Shown here: positions 1 to 9,589 of the stretch, one piece after another
How positions within the stretch are numbered: the stretch's first letter is position 1
Layout of the letters: every line of letters starts with the position of its first letter
Origin: Acidimicrobiia bacterium
GTDB lineage: Bacteria > Actinomycetota > Acidimicrobiia > Spongiisociales > JAENVV01
Direction: 5' to 3'
DNA length: 64,000 bases
Assembly: GCA_041586155.1 (NCBI GenBank)
Contig: JBFHAT010000002.1
Coordinates: 53,635 to 117,634 of the forward strand
Translations under genes and position numbers: made by a program
Notes under the pieces: model-generated
Told to the model about the DNA's origin: nothing
Databases searched by the model: none
What the model saw: only the letters and a program-made list of their open reading frames with translations

Positions 1-1
1 C

Positions 2-538
2 GAGTCGGTCGATCCCGTCACGGAGCCCGCCGGGGATGGAGTCGCCGAAGACTCATCAGGTGCCGATGAGCACCTGTGGACATGCACCCGCTGCGAAACG
101 CCCAACCCGCTCAGCTCCAACATCTGTTCGGTGTGTCAGGCCCCGATCTTCGTGTCCTTCGGAGCCGAGCAGACCCCCGAACCAACGCTCAGCCCAACCG
201 AGGCGGCTGTGAATGCGGTCGTTCCCGGATTGGCGCACATCCGGCTGGGCCAGACGATGATGGGGGTCACCATCGCCCTGCTGGCGGTCATCCTCCTCGG
301 CTTCGCGCTGCTCATCCTCGTCTCGGCGGGGCGGGTTCTCGGCCCGATCCTCGGCGTGCTCGCAACGGTCGTGCTCGTCCTCATCTCCGCATATGACGCA
401 CAACAGATCGCCAACCGCCGACCAGGCGCCGTCTTGCTGAAGCCTCGCGTCTTGACGTTCTACGCGGCCGGCGCCATCGGCCTCGTGGTGGTCGTGGTTT
501 GGATTCAAGGGCTGGCGGGAGCCGCCACGGCGCCCTGA
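2..538 (+). CDS. Zinc-ribbon domain membrane protein, 5'-truncated at the window edge
   Basis: Frame 2 is open from nt 2 with no upstream stop. The translation carries a CxxC...CxxC zinc ribbon (WTCTRCETPNPLSSNICSVCQAP) followed by 3-4 hydrophobic helices. The ORF track lists only 131..538 from an internal GTG. Confidence 0.55.
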   Translation, partial: ESVDPVTEPAGDGVAEDSSGADEHLWTCTRCETPNPLSSNICSVCQAPIFVSFGAEQTPEPTLSPTEAAVNAVVPGLAHIRLGQTMMGVTIALLAVILLGFALLILVSAGRVLGPILGVLATVVLVLISAYDAQQIANRRPGAVLLKPRVLTFYAAGAIGLVVVVVWIQGLAGAATAP

Positions 539-1306
539 GTGAACGTCGTCTCGGACATCCACGGTGCATTCGAGGCGCTCAGGCGCGTCGTCCAGGCAGG
601 CGAGCCAACTCTGATCCTGGGAGATCTCATCAATTTCGTCGACTATCGCACCGGTGCCGGCGTGGTGTCTGACCTCTTCGGGGTGGAGTTCGTCGGCGAG
701 GTCCGCCGTCTGCGGGCCGCCAACGACTTCGACGGAAGCCGCCAGCTGTGGCGGGAGAAGGCAGCCACCATGGGCGTCGACCTCCGCGAGGCCATCACCG
801 AGCACGTCGGGCTCCAATACGAACAGTGTCGAGAAGCGCTCGAAGGCGGCGAGTCCTATCTGATCCACGGCAACGTCGACTCACCCGATCTGTTGACCGC
901 TCATCTGCCGGCCGGAGCTTTCTACGTCCAGGGTCAGGTGAAGGAGATCGAAGGGTGGACCGTTGGATTCGCAGGCGGGGGAGCCGCCACCCCGCTGGCC
1001 GCGCCAGGTGAGGTGGGCGACGAGGAAATGGAGTCGCTTCTCGACGCCCTCGGACCGGTAGAGGTGCTCTGTACTCACGTTCCGCCGGCGATCGAGCCTC
1101 TGGCCTACGACACGGTCACCGGTCGGCCGCAGCGATCCTCCCGTCCGATCCTCGATTATCTGCGCCGTCACCGGCCCCGCTATCACTTCTTCGGCGATGT
1201 GCACCAGCCGCGTGCCACGCGGTGGCAGGTGGGCGCTACAGGGTGCCGCAACGTCGGGTATTTTCGGGCCACCGGGCGGGCTCACCAGCTCGAGCCCAAA
1301 CGCTGA
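539..1306 (+). CDS. Calcineurin-like metallophosphoesterase
   Basis: Carries the SDIHG, LILGDL(x)D and LIHGNVD phosphoesterase motifs. GTG start lies immediately after the upstream stop. Confidence 0.75.
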   Translation: MNVVSDIHGAFEALRRVVQAGEPTLILGDLINFVDYRTGAGVVSDLFGVEFVGEVRRLRAANDFDGSRQLWREKAATMGVDLREAITEHVGLQYEQCREALEGGESYLIHGNVDSPDLLTAHLPAGAFYVQGQVKEIEGWTVGFAGGGAATPLAAPGEVGDEEMESLLDALGPVEVLCTHVPPAIEPLAYDTVTGRPQRSSRPILDYLRRHRPRYHFFGDVHQPRATRWQVGATGCRNVGYFRATGRAHQLEPKR

Positions 1307-1377
1307 CCGGCTCGGGCGGTCCCCGCTCCCGGCGGGCGGCACTACCATGGCTGGCACACGCCCAAAGACGAGGAGCC

Positions 1378-1824
1378 ATGGCGGAAGGCACGGTGCAGAG
1401 CATCGAGATATCTGCGGAACCCGACGCCATCTATCGCGTCGCCGCCGACCTCGGCGCCTACCCCGAGTGGGCCGAAGGGGTGCGGTCCGTGGAGATCAAG
1501 GACCGAGACGGCGACGACCTGCCGCTGCGAGCGGAATTCGTGGTCGATGCCATGATGAAGAAGATCAGTTATGAGCTCGTCTACGAGCACGACGCGCCAT
1601 CGTTCATGTCGTGGTCGGCCATTCCCGGCGCCGACATCAAGATGATGGAAGGGTCGTACGAGCTCACGCCGGGAGAGGACACGACGACGGTCGTGTATGC
1701 GCTGAAGGTCGACCCCGCCTTTCCGGTGCCGGGCTTCATCCGACGTCAAGCCGAGAAGACCCTGGTCAACATCGCATTGCGGGGACTGAAACAGCGAGCC
1801 GAGGAAGTCGCAGGCACGCGGTGA
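1378..1824 (+). CDS. SRPBCC (polyketide cyclase / START-like) family protein
   Basis: ATG at 1378 is preceded by GAGGAG. The 149-aa product has the SRPBCC/Polyketide_cyc2 pattern (AIYRVAADLGAYPEW...). Its stop overlaps the next start as GTGA. Confidence 0.7.
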   Translation: MAEGTVQSIEISAEPDAIYRVAADLGAYPEWAEGVRSVEIKDRDGDDLPLRAEFVVDAMMKKISYELVYEHDAPSFMSWSAIPGADIKMMEGSYELTPGEDTTTVVYALKVDPAFPVPGFIRRQAEKTLVNIALRGLKQRAEEVAGTR

Positions 1825-2993
1825 GAGTGGTCCTCGTCACCGGCAAGGGTGGCGTTGGTAAGACCACCATCTCGGGTGCGACAGCCCTCGCCGCCGCTGA
1901 CGCCGGATATCGCACCCTGGTCACCTCGACCGACCCCGCCCACAGTCTGGGCGATGCATTCGATATGCCGCTGGGCGACGAACCACGATCGGTGGCTCCT
2001 GGCCTCGTGGCCCAGCAGATCGACGGTCAACAGCAACTGGAGCGTCATTGGGGAGAGATTCATCGCCAGCTCATGGCGGTCTTCGACTGGGGCGGCGTCA
2101 CTGGGATCGAAGCCGAGGAGTTCCTCGTGTTCCCCGGAATGGACGAGCTGTTTTCGTTGCTCGAGGTCGAACACCATGCCGCATCGGGGGATTACGACGC
2201 CATCGTGGTCGACTGTGCGCCGACCGCCGAAACGCTGCGGCTCTTGAGCCTGCCCGAGGTGCTGTCGTGGTATTTCGAGCGGGTCCTCCCCACCGAGCGA
2301 CGCATCATGCGCGCCGCTCGCCCGGTGCTGACGAAGGTCTCCAACCTGCCCGTACCCCAGGACACGGTGTTCGATGCCGCCGAGGGGATCTTCAGCGGCG
2401 TGGAAGCGGTGAAGCGCCTCCTGTCCGACAGCTCGGTCACCAGTGCTCGCCTCGTGGTGAATCCCGAGAAGATGGTTGTCAATGAGGCTCGGCGCACCTA
2501 CACGTATCTGAGCCTGTTCGGATACGGTGTCGACGGTGTGATCGTGAATCGTGTCTTGCCGGATGAGATCGACGACCCCTACCTCTCGCGATGGCAGTCG
2601 ATCCAGGCGAACCATCTGACCACCATCCGAGAATCGTTTGCCGAGCTACCCGTGCTTCCCCTGCGACTGTTCGACGAGGAGATGGTTGGCGTGGACCGGC
2701 TGCGGCGCCTCGCCAAGGAGTTGTACGGCGATCGAGATCCGATCGGCGGATTCGAGGCGTCGATTCCGTTCACGGTAGAGGAAGGCGCGGGCGGTACGAT
2801 CACGATGCGGCTGGCGGTTCCCTTCGTCGACAAACAGGAGATCGACGTCATCCGCCACGGCGACGAGCTGTATGTGACGATCGATCCCTACCGGCGATCG
2901 TTCGTATTGCCGGACACGTTGCGACGCCGGCCAGTGGTGGGAGCCACTCTCAGCGAAGGCGTGCTCACGGTCGAGTTCGGGATCACGCGATGA
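1821..2993 (+). CDS. ArsA/GET3-family ATPase with C-terminal HSP20-like domain
   Basis: P-loop VTGKGGVGKTT; ArsA signature (TDPAHSL; DCAPTAETLRLL). The C-terminal ~75 aa form an alpha-crystallin/ArsA_HSP20-like beta domain. GTG at 1821 gives a GTGA overlap with the upstream stop; the ORF-track M at 1611 is an upstream extension in junk sequence. Confidence 0.8.
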   Translation: MRVVLVTGKGGVGKTTISGATALAAADAGYRTLVTSTDPAHSLGDAFDMPLGDEPRSVAPGLVAQQIDGQQQLERHWGEIHRQLMAVFDWGGVTGIEAEEFLVFPGMDELFSLLEVEHHAASGDYDAIVVDCAPTAETLRLLSLPEVLSWYFERVLPTERRIMRAARPVLTKVSNLPVPQDTVFDAAEGIFSGVEAVKRLLSDSSVTSARLVVNPEKMVVNEARRTYTYLSLFGYGVDGVIVNRVLPDEIDDPYLSRWQSIQANHLTTIRESFAELPVLPLRLFDEEMVGVDRLRRLAKELYGDRDPIGGFEASIPFTVEEGAGGTITMRLAVPFVDKQEIDVIRHGDELYVTIDPYRRSFVLPDTLRRRPVVGATLSEGVLTVEFGITR

Positions 2994-3154
2994 CGCCGGT
3001 TGCCGAGCGGTTGATCAGGGCAGCCCGACGAGCTTCGGTGCATCTCCTGAAGGCGTCCATCGAGACGCTGAAGGCAGTGGAGGCAGTCGTCCAGGAACTC
3101 CGGGATGAGGCGCCCGATCCGGCTCCGGCTCCGGAGCGGATCACCATCGAATGA
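2990..3154 (+). CDS. Small hypothetical protein, 54 aa, predicted helical
   Basis: ATG at 2990 overlaps the ArsA stop (ATGA) and its stop overlaps the ROK start (ATGA). It is the in-frame tail of track ORF 2591..3154. The sequence (MTPVAERLIRAARRASVHLLKASIETLKAVEAVVQELRDEAPDPAPAPERITIE) has no recognisable domain. Confidence 0.45.
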   Translation: MTPVAERLIRAARRASVHLLKASIETLKAVEAVVQELRDEAPDPAPAPERITIE

Positions 3155-4080
3155 CCACCACGATCGGAATCGATCTGGGCGGCACCAAGATGATGGCTGG
3201 GCTGGTCGACGACGAAGGCCGGATCGTGGAGCAGCGCACGGTGGCGCGACCCCGCGACCCCGATGCCATGGCGGCCGCACCGATCGAGCTGGCCGACAGT
3301 CTCATGGCCGACGAGGTTGCTGCGGTCGGTCTGGGCGTCGCAGGCTTTGTCACCGATGAGGGCGTCCTGGTCTGGGGCCCGAACGTGGTGGGCGAGAATA
3401 TCCCCTACTCCGCGATGATGGCGGAGCGATTCGGCCTGCCGGTGACGGTCGACAACGACGCCAACTTCGCCGCGCTGGGAGAGGCGCGGCTCGGAGCGTC
3501 GCAAGGCTATCGCCACTCGATCATGATCACGCTCGGTACCGGGATCGGTGGCGGCATCATCATCGACGGGAACGTGTATCGAGGCAGCGGTTTCGCCGGT
3601 GAGATCGGCCACATGATCGTCGACGTCGGTGGAACTCGCTGCACCTGCGGCCAGCGGGGATGCTGGGAGACCTTCGCCTCCGGCCGCAGGCTCGATCAGC
3701 TCGCCCGGGATCTTGCAGCGCGGCGCCCGGCCGGCCTCGTCGCCGAGCTGGCCGCCGGCAGCACGGCCGACGGCGTTCACCTCACCGATGCGGCGCTGGC
3801 CGGGGACGAAGAAGCGGTGGCGGCGCTCGTCGAGATGGCCGGATGGCTGGGCCTAGGCATCGCCAATCTGGTCGTTGCCTTCGCTCCCGAGGTCATCCTC
3901 ATCGGCGGTGGCGTCTCCCGAGCCGGAGATCTGCTGCTCGAGCCGGCCCGCGCCGCAGCCGCCTCCTCGATCGAAGGCGCTGCACATCGCCCTGAAACTC
4001 CTATCCTGGGAGCGACGCTGGGAGCGAACGCCGGGCTGATCGGCGCGGCCATTGCTGCAAAGGAGCTGCTTGATGAGTGA
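3151..4080 (+). CDS. ROK-family glucokinase
   Basis: N-terminal IGIDLGGTK; ROK zinc motif CTCGQRGCWE; GHM...GG signature. Confidence 0.85.
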   Translation: MTTTIGIDLGGTKMMAGLVDDEGRIVEQRTVARPRDPDAMAAAPIELADSLMADEVAAVGLGVAGFVTDEGVLVWGPNVVGENIPYSAMMAERFGLPVTVDNDANFAALGEARLGASQGYRHSIMITLGTGIGGGIIIDGNVYRGSGFAGEIGHMIVDVGGTRCTCGQRGCWETFASGRRLDQLARDLAARRPAGLVAELAAGSTADGVHLTDAALAGDEEAVAALVEMAGWLGLGIANLVVAFAPEVILIGGGVSRAGDLLLEPARAAAASSIEGAAHRPETPILGATLGANAGLIGAAIAAKELLDE

Positions 4081-4492
4081 AGCCATCAGACCCGACGGTG
4101 TGTACGGGCCGGACGGCGAGCCTGTCGACGGCTACGGCGCCCTCGTCAAGGAAGGGATCACCGCGCTTCCGAATTTCGTGAAGCTCTTGTGGCGGCTCGG
4201 TCGTGACGACCGCGTCCCCACCGCCTCGAAGGCACTGATGTTCGGCTCTCTGGCGTACGTGCTGTTCCCGATCGACGTGCTGCCCGACGTCATTCCCGGT
4301 CTCGGCCAGATCGACGACGTGCTCCTCGTCGTCTATGCCGTCAATCGGATCCTCCGCAGTGCCGGCCCCGACGTGGTGGTGGAGCATTGGGACGGCTCTC
4401 AGAATGTGCTGCGTCTCATCCAGGGCATTTCCGACATGGGCGCCAACCTGATGCCGAAAAAGGTCCGCACCCTGCTCGACCGGGTCGGTTGA
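4073..4492 (+). CDS. DUF1232 (YkvA-like) small membrane protein
   Basis: ATG at 4073 overlaps the ROK stop by 8 nt. Carries the conserved DUF1232 block (FGSLAYVLFPIDVLPDVIPGLGQIDD). Confidence 0.6.
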   Translation: MSEAIRPDGVYGPDGEPVDGYGALVKEGITALPNFVKLLWRLGRDDRVPTASKALMFGSLAYVLFPIDVLPDVIPGLGQIDDVLLVVYAVNRILRSAGPDVVVEHWDGSQNVLRLIQGISDMGANLMPKKVRTLLDRVG

Positions 4493-4541
4493 CCAGGCCT
4501 AATCCCATGACCCGTGGCCGGCAGCGGTACACTGCGCTGCG

Positions 4542-5714
4542 ATGGAATTCCGCCGCATCGGGAGCCTGCCGCCGTACGTCTTTGCCCAGGTCAACCAGCT
4601 CAAGCTCGAAGCTCGGAGAGCGGGCCAGGACATCATCGACCTGGGGTTCGGGAACCCCGACATTCCCACGCCGGACTTCGTCGTCGACAAGCTGGTCGAA
4701 GCGTCCAGATCCGGGAAGAACCACCGTTACTCCCAGTCGAGGGGCATTCCCAACCTGAGACGGGCTGCGGCGGAGCGCTACTCCCGACGGTTCGGGGTCC
4801 ACCTCGACCCAGAGACAGAGGTCATCAGCACCATTGGCGCCAAGGAGGGTCTGGCGCATCTCATGTGGACCCTCGTGCAGCCGGGCGACGTCGCGCTGGT
4901 GCCCGAGCCCTCGTATCCGATCCACATCTATGCGCCACTGTTGGCAGGTGCCGAGGTCCGCAAAGTACCCGTCGGCGCTCCGGCCGAGTTCTTCGATGCG
5001 CTGCGGGCCTCCTTCATGGACTCTTGGCCCAGGCCGCGGGTCATCGTCACCTCGTTTCCGCACAACCCCACGACAACGTGCGTCGAATTGGACTTCTTCG
5101 AGCGCCTCGTCGAATTCGCCCATCGCAACGGGGTGTTCCTGGTCCACGATTTCGCCTACGCAGACGTTTCGTACGATGGCTACCTGCCTCCGAGCCTTCT
5201 GCAGGTCGATGGCGCCAAAGAGGTGGGTGTGGAGCTCTATACCCTCACCAAGGGCCACAACATGGCGGGGTGGCGGGTGGGATTCGTCCTCGGCAATCGT
5301 GCTGCGGTCGCCGCGTTGGCGAAGCTGAAGTCGTATCTCGACTACGGCACGTTCCAACCCATCCAGATCGCGTCGATCATCGCGCTCAACGAAGGAGACG
5401 ACAACGTGGTCGCCACCGCCGATGTCTACCGGAAACGGCGCGATGTGCTGGTCGACGGACTCAACCGGTTGGGATGGAAGGTCGAGAAGCCCGCAGGGAC
5501 GATGTTCGTCTGGGCAGAGATCCCTGGGCCGTACTCCGAGATGGGCTCTCTCGATTTCGCCATCCTCCTCCTCGAGCAGGCCAAAGTGGCGGTTTCGCCC
5601 GGCATCGGCTTCGGGCCCACCGGCGAGGGATATGTCCGCTTCGCGTTGGTCGAGAACGACCACCGTATCGGCCAAGCCGTTCGCGGGATCCGCCAAGCGC
5701 TCACCTTGCTTTGA
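4542..5714 (+). CDS. Class I/II pyridoxal-phosphate aminotransferase (aspartate/alanine aminotransferase-like)
   Basis: 390 aa. PLP-lysine context [14 protein letters not shown]; YSQSRG and NPTT motifs. Confidence 0.85.
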   Translation: MEFRRIGSLPPYVFAQVNQLKLEARRAGQDIIDLGFGNPDIPTPDFVVDKLVEASRSGKNHRYSQSRGIPNLRRAAAERYSRRFGVHLDPETEVISTIGAKEGLAHLMWTLVQPGDVALVPEPSYPIHIYAPLLAGAEVRKVPVGAPAEFFDALRASFMDSWPRPRVIVTSFPHNPTTTCVELDFFERLVEFAHRNGVFLVHDFAYADVSYDGYLPPSLLQVDGAKEVGVELYTLTKGHNMAGWRVGFVLGNRAAVAALAKLKSYLDYGTFQPIQIASIIALNEGDDNVVATADVYRKRRDVLVDGLNRLGWKVEKPAGTMFVWAEIPGPYSEMGSLDFAILLLEQAKVAVSPGIGFGPTGEGYVRFALVENDHRIGQAVRGIRQALTLL

Positions 5715-5730
5715 GCCTCGTTCGCACACG

Positions 5731-5760
5731 ATAGGGGCCGGGCGGCGCCCGACCCCTATG
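5731..5760. terminator. GC-rich hairpin between two convergent genes; candidate bidirectional intrinsic terminator
   Basis: ATAGGGG-CCGGGCGGCGCCCGA-CCCCTAT forms a 7-bp outer stem plus an inner CGGGCG/CGCCCG stem. It sits in the 64-nt gap between the aminotransferase stop and the DUF4870 gene stop. There is no clear U-tract. Confidence 0.4.
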
Positions 5761-5778
5761 GTGAAGCGAAGGTTCGTC

Positions 5779-6306
5779 TCAGCTGACCAAGCGGAGCGTC
5801 AAGGGGTACCGATAGACCTCCCCTTCGGAGGCCTTGATCGCCCCGATGATGGCGAACACGATCCAGGCGATCGTCACGATCGGCAGGAGCAAGAAGCCGA
5901 TCAACACGAAGACCGTGAGCCCGGCAACGATGCTCCATATGGCGAAGCTGATGTTGAAGTTGAGCGCCTCCAGGGCGTTGGCCCCGACGAACTCGCTCTT
6001 CTCCTTGTACACCAGCCACATGACCAGTGGGCCGATCACCGGCAAGCCGATGAACGCCGATGCCGCCGAGGCGTGGGCCAACATGCCCAGGTTGCGGTCC
6101 TCGGACGAGACCACTGACGAACCGGATGTCACCGGCTGTGGCATGGCTTCTGTGGCGGGAGCGGCCACCGCCGGGGACTCGCCGAGATCCACGGGGGCCG
6201 GGGTGCCGCACGAGGGGCATTCAGCCGCAGCCGCGTCGAATTCTGTTGAACAAGTGGTGCAGGTGACCACGTCGATTCCTCCCTGTTCAGCCGTGTTGCG
6301 TATCAC
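5779..6306 (-). CDS. DUF4870-like membrane protein with N-terminal zinc ribbon
   Basis: CTTCSTEF...CPSCG ribbon, then a proline/alanine linker, then a conserved polytopic block (GMLAHASAASAFIGLPVIGPLVMWLVYKEKSEFV...). Confidence 0.6.
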   Translation of the reverse strand: MIRNTAEQGGIDVVTCTTCSTEFDAAAAECPSCGTPAPVDLGESPAVAAPATEAMPQPVTSGSSVVSSEDRNLGMLAHASAASAFIGLPVIGPLVMWLVYKEKSEFVGANALEALNFNISFAIWSIVAGLTVFVLIGFLLLPIVTIAWIVFAIIGAIKASEGEVYRYPLTLRLVS

Positions 6307-6327
6307 GGCGTAAACGCTCGATAACGG

Positions 6328-8472
6328 TCAGCGGTTCCGTCGGCCGGAAGCGGCCAGCGGCAAATACCCGAGCTCGGTGTAGTCCTTGACCATCCGATGT
6401 GTCGAGAAGTTGCCACCGCACGAGGCCATCGATTCCTTCATCAACTGTACCCAGCCCGCCGGGACGCCGTTGTCGTCGCGTTCGTAATACAGCGGCACGA
6501 TCTCGTCCTGCAAGATCTGATACAGAGCGACCGCATCCTCGTTGTCCTGGCGATGATGGTCGCCGATGTCGTGGCCGTGGCCGAACGCCCAGCCGTTCTT
6601 GCCGTCGTGGCCCTCGAGCCACCAACCATCGAGGACGCTCAGGTTGAGGACGCCATTGACGGCGGCCTTCATCCCCGATGTCCCCGACGCCTCTTGCGGA
6701 GGGCGCGGATTGTTCAGCCAGACGTCGACCCCCTGGACCAGGAATCGACTCATCCGCATGTCGTAGTCCTCCAGCAGGTACAGGTGTCCAGCCAGCTCCG
6801 GTGTGGCCGCCAACTCGTGGATCTGGCGGATGTACGCCTGGCCCTGTGCATCGGCGGGGTGGGCCTTCCCGGCGAACACGATCTGCACCGGCCGGTCCGG
6901 GTTGGTGAGGATCGCCTGCAGCCAGGGAACGTTGTGAAAGAGCAGATTGGCGCGCTTGTAGGTGGCGAACCGGCGGGCGAACCCGATGGTCAGCCGGTCG
7001 GAAGGAAAGAGCCTCTCGACCGAGCGCATTTCGTCGGGTGAGGCGCCGTGCCGGGCTCGTTGGGCGCGCATCCGTCCCCGGGCGAACTGGGTGAGGAGGT
7101 CTTTGCGGCTCTGGTGTGCCTGCCAAACGTCACGATCGGGCAGATCTCGGAGGGTGTCGGCCACTTCGGGCGTCTCGATGAGCTTCGTTGGCCAGTTCGG
7201 TCCGACCGTATCGACGAACAATCGTGCGATCGGTCGGCTCAGCCAGCTCGGGGTATGCACGCCGTTGGTGATCCCGAGCGCAGGGGAGTCGAGCAGGTGG
7301 GACCAGTCGGCATTCGCGACCTCTCCGTGGCGCCGGGAGACGCCGTTCACCACCGACGCAAGGCGGATCGCCAGCGCCCCCAGGTCGAACATGCTGCCTT
7401 CGTGATCCGCCGACGATCCCAAGCTGTTGAGGTATCCGATGTCGGCGCCGACGGTGGCAGGCCAGGCGCCGAGGTATTTCTCGGCGAGCTGGAAGTCGAA
7501 GCGCTCGTTGCCGGCCGGCACCGGCGTGTGGAGCGTGAAGATGGTGTTGGCCGTGACCCGATCGCGTGCTTCCTCGAGTGTGGCGCCCGCTGCCACGTGC
7601 CGGCTGAGACGCTCCAGAAGCGACATGGCGGCGTGGCCTTCGTTTACGTGCCACACCGCAGGCGCGATGCCCAGCGCGTCCAAGACTCGCACGGACCCCA
7701 CCCCCAACACCAGCTCCTGGCAGAAACGCATCTCCCGTCCCCGCACGTACAGCGAGTGGGTGATGGGCCGGTCGGCGGGCTCGTTGACGGGCAGGTCGGT
7801 GTCGAGCAGGAGAATCGTCACCCGCCCGACCTGCAACGACCAGACGGCAGCGACGACGCTGCGGCCGGGAAACTCGACGGTGACCCGCAGATGCCCGCCG
7901 GTACGCGAAGCCACCGGGCGGACCGGCAGCCGGGACAGGTCGAGAATGGGATATTGCTGCTGCTGGGCGCCGTCGGCTTCGACGGTTTGGCGGAAATAAC
8001 CCCGCCGGTACATCAGGCCGGTTGCAACGAACGGAAGTCCGAGATCAGATGCCGATTTGGCGTGATCACCCGCCAGGATCCCCAGGCCGCCCGAGTAGAT
8101 CGGCATCGAAGAGTGGACGCCGTACTCGGCGCACAAGTAGGCGATGATGCCGTCGCTCTGCTCGGCGTGATGGCGGTCGTACCACGTCTCGGTGGAATCC
8201 ATGTAGCCGTCATATGCGGCGATCGCCTCGCCGTAACGGTCGGCGAATATCTCCGACTCGGCGAGGCGATCCCAGGAGTCCCGATCCACGGCCGCCAACA
8301 ATTCGATCGGATTGCGGTACTGCTCCCACAGCTCCGGCGAAATCGACCGCCACACGTCGGTGGCGGCTTCGTCCCAGCTCCACCACAGGTTGTAGGCGAG
8401 GTCGTAGAGGCGGCTGAATCGCTGAGGAACGGACAGCTCGGTGGTCGTGAGGACGGGGACGTCGACGCGCAT
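6328..8472 (-). CDS. glgP: Alpha-glucan (glycogen/maltodextrin) phosphorylase, GT35 family
   Basis: 714 aa. DUF3417-type N-terminus ([10 protein letters not shown]), GT35 core, and the PLP site region ([22 protein letters not shown]). Confidence 0.9.
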   Translation of the reverse strand: MRVDVPVLTTTELSVPQRFSRLYDLAYNLWWSWDEAATDVWRSISPELWEQYRNPIELLAAVDRDSWDRLAESEIFADRYGEAIAAYDGYMDSTETWYDRHHAEQSDGIIAYLCAEYGVHSSMPIYSGGLGILAGDHAKSASDLGLPFVATGLMYRRGYFRQTVEADGAQQQQYPILDLSRLPVRPVASRTGGHLRVTVEFPGRSVVAAVWSLQVGRVTILLLDTDLPVNEPADRPITHSLYVRGREMRFCQELVLGVGSVRVLDALGIAPAVWHVNEGHAAMSLLERLSRHVAAGATLEEARDRVTANTIFTLHTPVPAGNERFDFQLAEKYLGAWPATVGADIGYLNSLGSSADHEGSMFDLGALAIRLASVVNGVSRRHGEVANADWSHLLDSPALGITNGVHTPSWLSRPIARLFVDTVGPNWPTKLIETPEVADTLRDLPDRDVWQAHQSRKDLLTQFARGRMRAQRARHGASPDEMRSVERLFPSDRLTIGFARRFATYKRANLLFHNVPWLQAILTNPDRPVQIVFAGKAHPADAQGQAYIRQIHELAATPELAGHLYLLEDYDMRMSRFLVQGVDVWLNNPRPPQEASGTSGMKAAVNGVLNLSVLDGWWLEGHDGKNGWAFGHGHDIGDHHRQDNEDAVALYQILQDEIVPLYYERDDNGVPAGWVQLMKESMASCGGNFSTHRMVKDYTELGYLPLAASGRRNR

Positions 8473-8536
8473 TGATCGTGCTCCCAGATGGCGAGGGAGG
8501 CATCGTAGCGGTGTCGTGGTGCGGTATCGTCACCCG

Positions 8537-9577
8537 ATGCCTTTCAGCGACGGCGTGGCCGATTTTCGCTCGGATACCGTCACCCGCCCCACCGATGAGA
8601 TGAGAGCCGCGATGGCTGCAGCCGACGTCGGCGACGACGTCTACGGCGAAGACCCCACCGTGAACTTGCTCCAGGAGCGGGCGGCGGAGCTGGTGGGCCA
8701 CGAGGCCGCGCTGTTCGTGCCGTCGGGGACGATGGGCAATCAGATCGGCATCGCCATCCTCGCCCGTCCCGGGGACGGAGTGGTTTGCGTCGAGACGGCT
8801 CACATTCGTCGGTTCGAGGCGGGCGGGCTGGCCGCCAACTCCGGAGTCGAGACCATTCCCGTACCAAGCCCCGACGGGGGGATCACGGTCGAGCAGATCG
8901 AGCGCGTGAACGAAGATGATGCCCACCTCCCTTCGCCGGCAGTGCTGGCATGGGAGAACAGCCACAACATGTCGGGCGGCCGCGTCATCGACCTCGAGAT
9001 GTTCACCGCCTCGACGCAGGCCGCTCGTCGACGGGGCTGGTCCGTCCACCTCGACGGGGCCCGGATCTTCAACGCTGCGGTCGCCGCCGGAGTGCCGGTC
9101 ACCGACTACACGCGCCAGGCGGACACCGTGCAGTTCTGCCTGTCCAAGGCGCTGGGCGCTCCCGTGGGATCGATCCTGGCGGGCAGCCGGCAGCTCATCG
9201 ACCGGGCCGTGCGGGTGCGCAAGCGCCTCGGCGGCGGCATGCGACAAGCCGGCATCGTCGCCGCTGGCGGTTTGGTCGCGCTGGATCACCGTGCCGACCT
9301 CGTGGCCGATCACGCCCTGGCAGCCCGACTCGCCAAGGAGCTCCACGCCCTGGTGCCTGATGCGGTCGATCCTGGCTCGGTGGTCACCAACATCGTCTTG
9401 GTCGATCAGGCGGCGGTGCCCTGCAGCAACGAGCGCCTCCAGGCCGCGTTCGACGAACAGCGAGTCAAGGTCGCTCCAATCGCCGGCTCGATTCTGCGGT
9501 TCGTCACACATCGGGATGTCGGCGACAGCGATGTCGAGCGGGTGGTGGCCGCCTTCCGCGCCGCAAGCGGCCATTGA
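8537..9577 (+). CDS. ltaE: Low-specificity L-threonine aldolase
   Basis: N-terminal [11 protein letters not shown]; beta-eliminating-lyase fold; PLP Lys context [16 protein letters not shown] at 8537 inferred from the conserved N-terminus. Divergent from glgP. Confidence 0.8.
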   Translation: MPFSDGVADFRSDTVTRPTDEMRAAMAAADVGDDVYGEDPTVNLLQERAAELVGHEAALFVPSGTMGNQIGIAILARPGDGVVCVETAHIRRFEAGGLAANSGVETIPVPSPDGGITVEQIERVNEDDAHLPSPAVLAWENSHNMSGGRVIDLEMFTASTQAARRRGWSVHLDGARIFNAAVAAGVPVTDYTRQADTVQFCLSKALGAPVGSILAGSRQLIDRAVRVRKRLGGGMRQAGIVAAGGLVALDHRADLVADHALAARLAKELHALVPDAVDPGSVVTNIVLVDQAAVPCSNERLQAAFDEQRVKVAPIAGSILRFVTHRDVGDSDVERVVAAFRAASGH

Positions 9578-9589
9578 GGGTCGTCTGAC

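Noticed and set aside
2983-3780. 265-aa minus-strand ORF antisense to the ROK glucokinase gene
   Set aside because: Low-complexity Ala/Gly/Arg-rich translation with no domain. It fully overlaps a well-supported plus-strand gene. Typical high-GC antisense ORF.
4416-5729. 437-aa minus-strand ORF and 406-aa plus-strand alternative-frame ORF over the aminotransferase gene
   Set aside because: Arg/Pro-rich junk in alternative frames of a gene with clear PLP-aminotransferase motifs.
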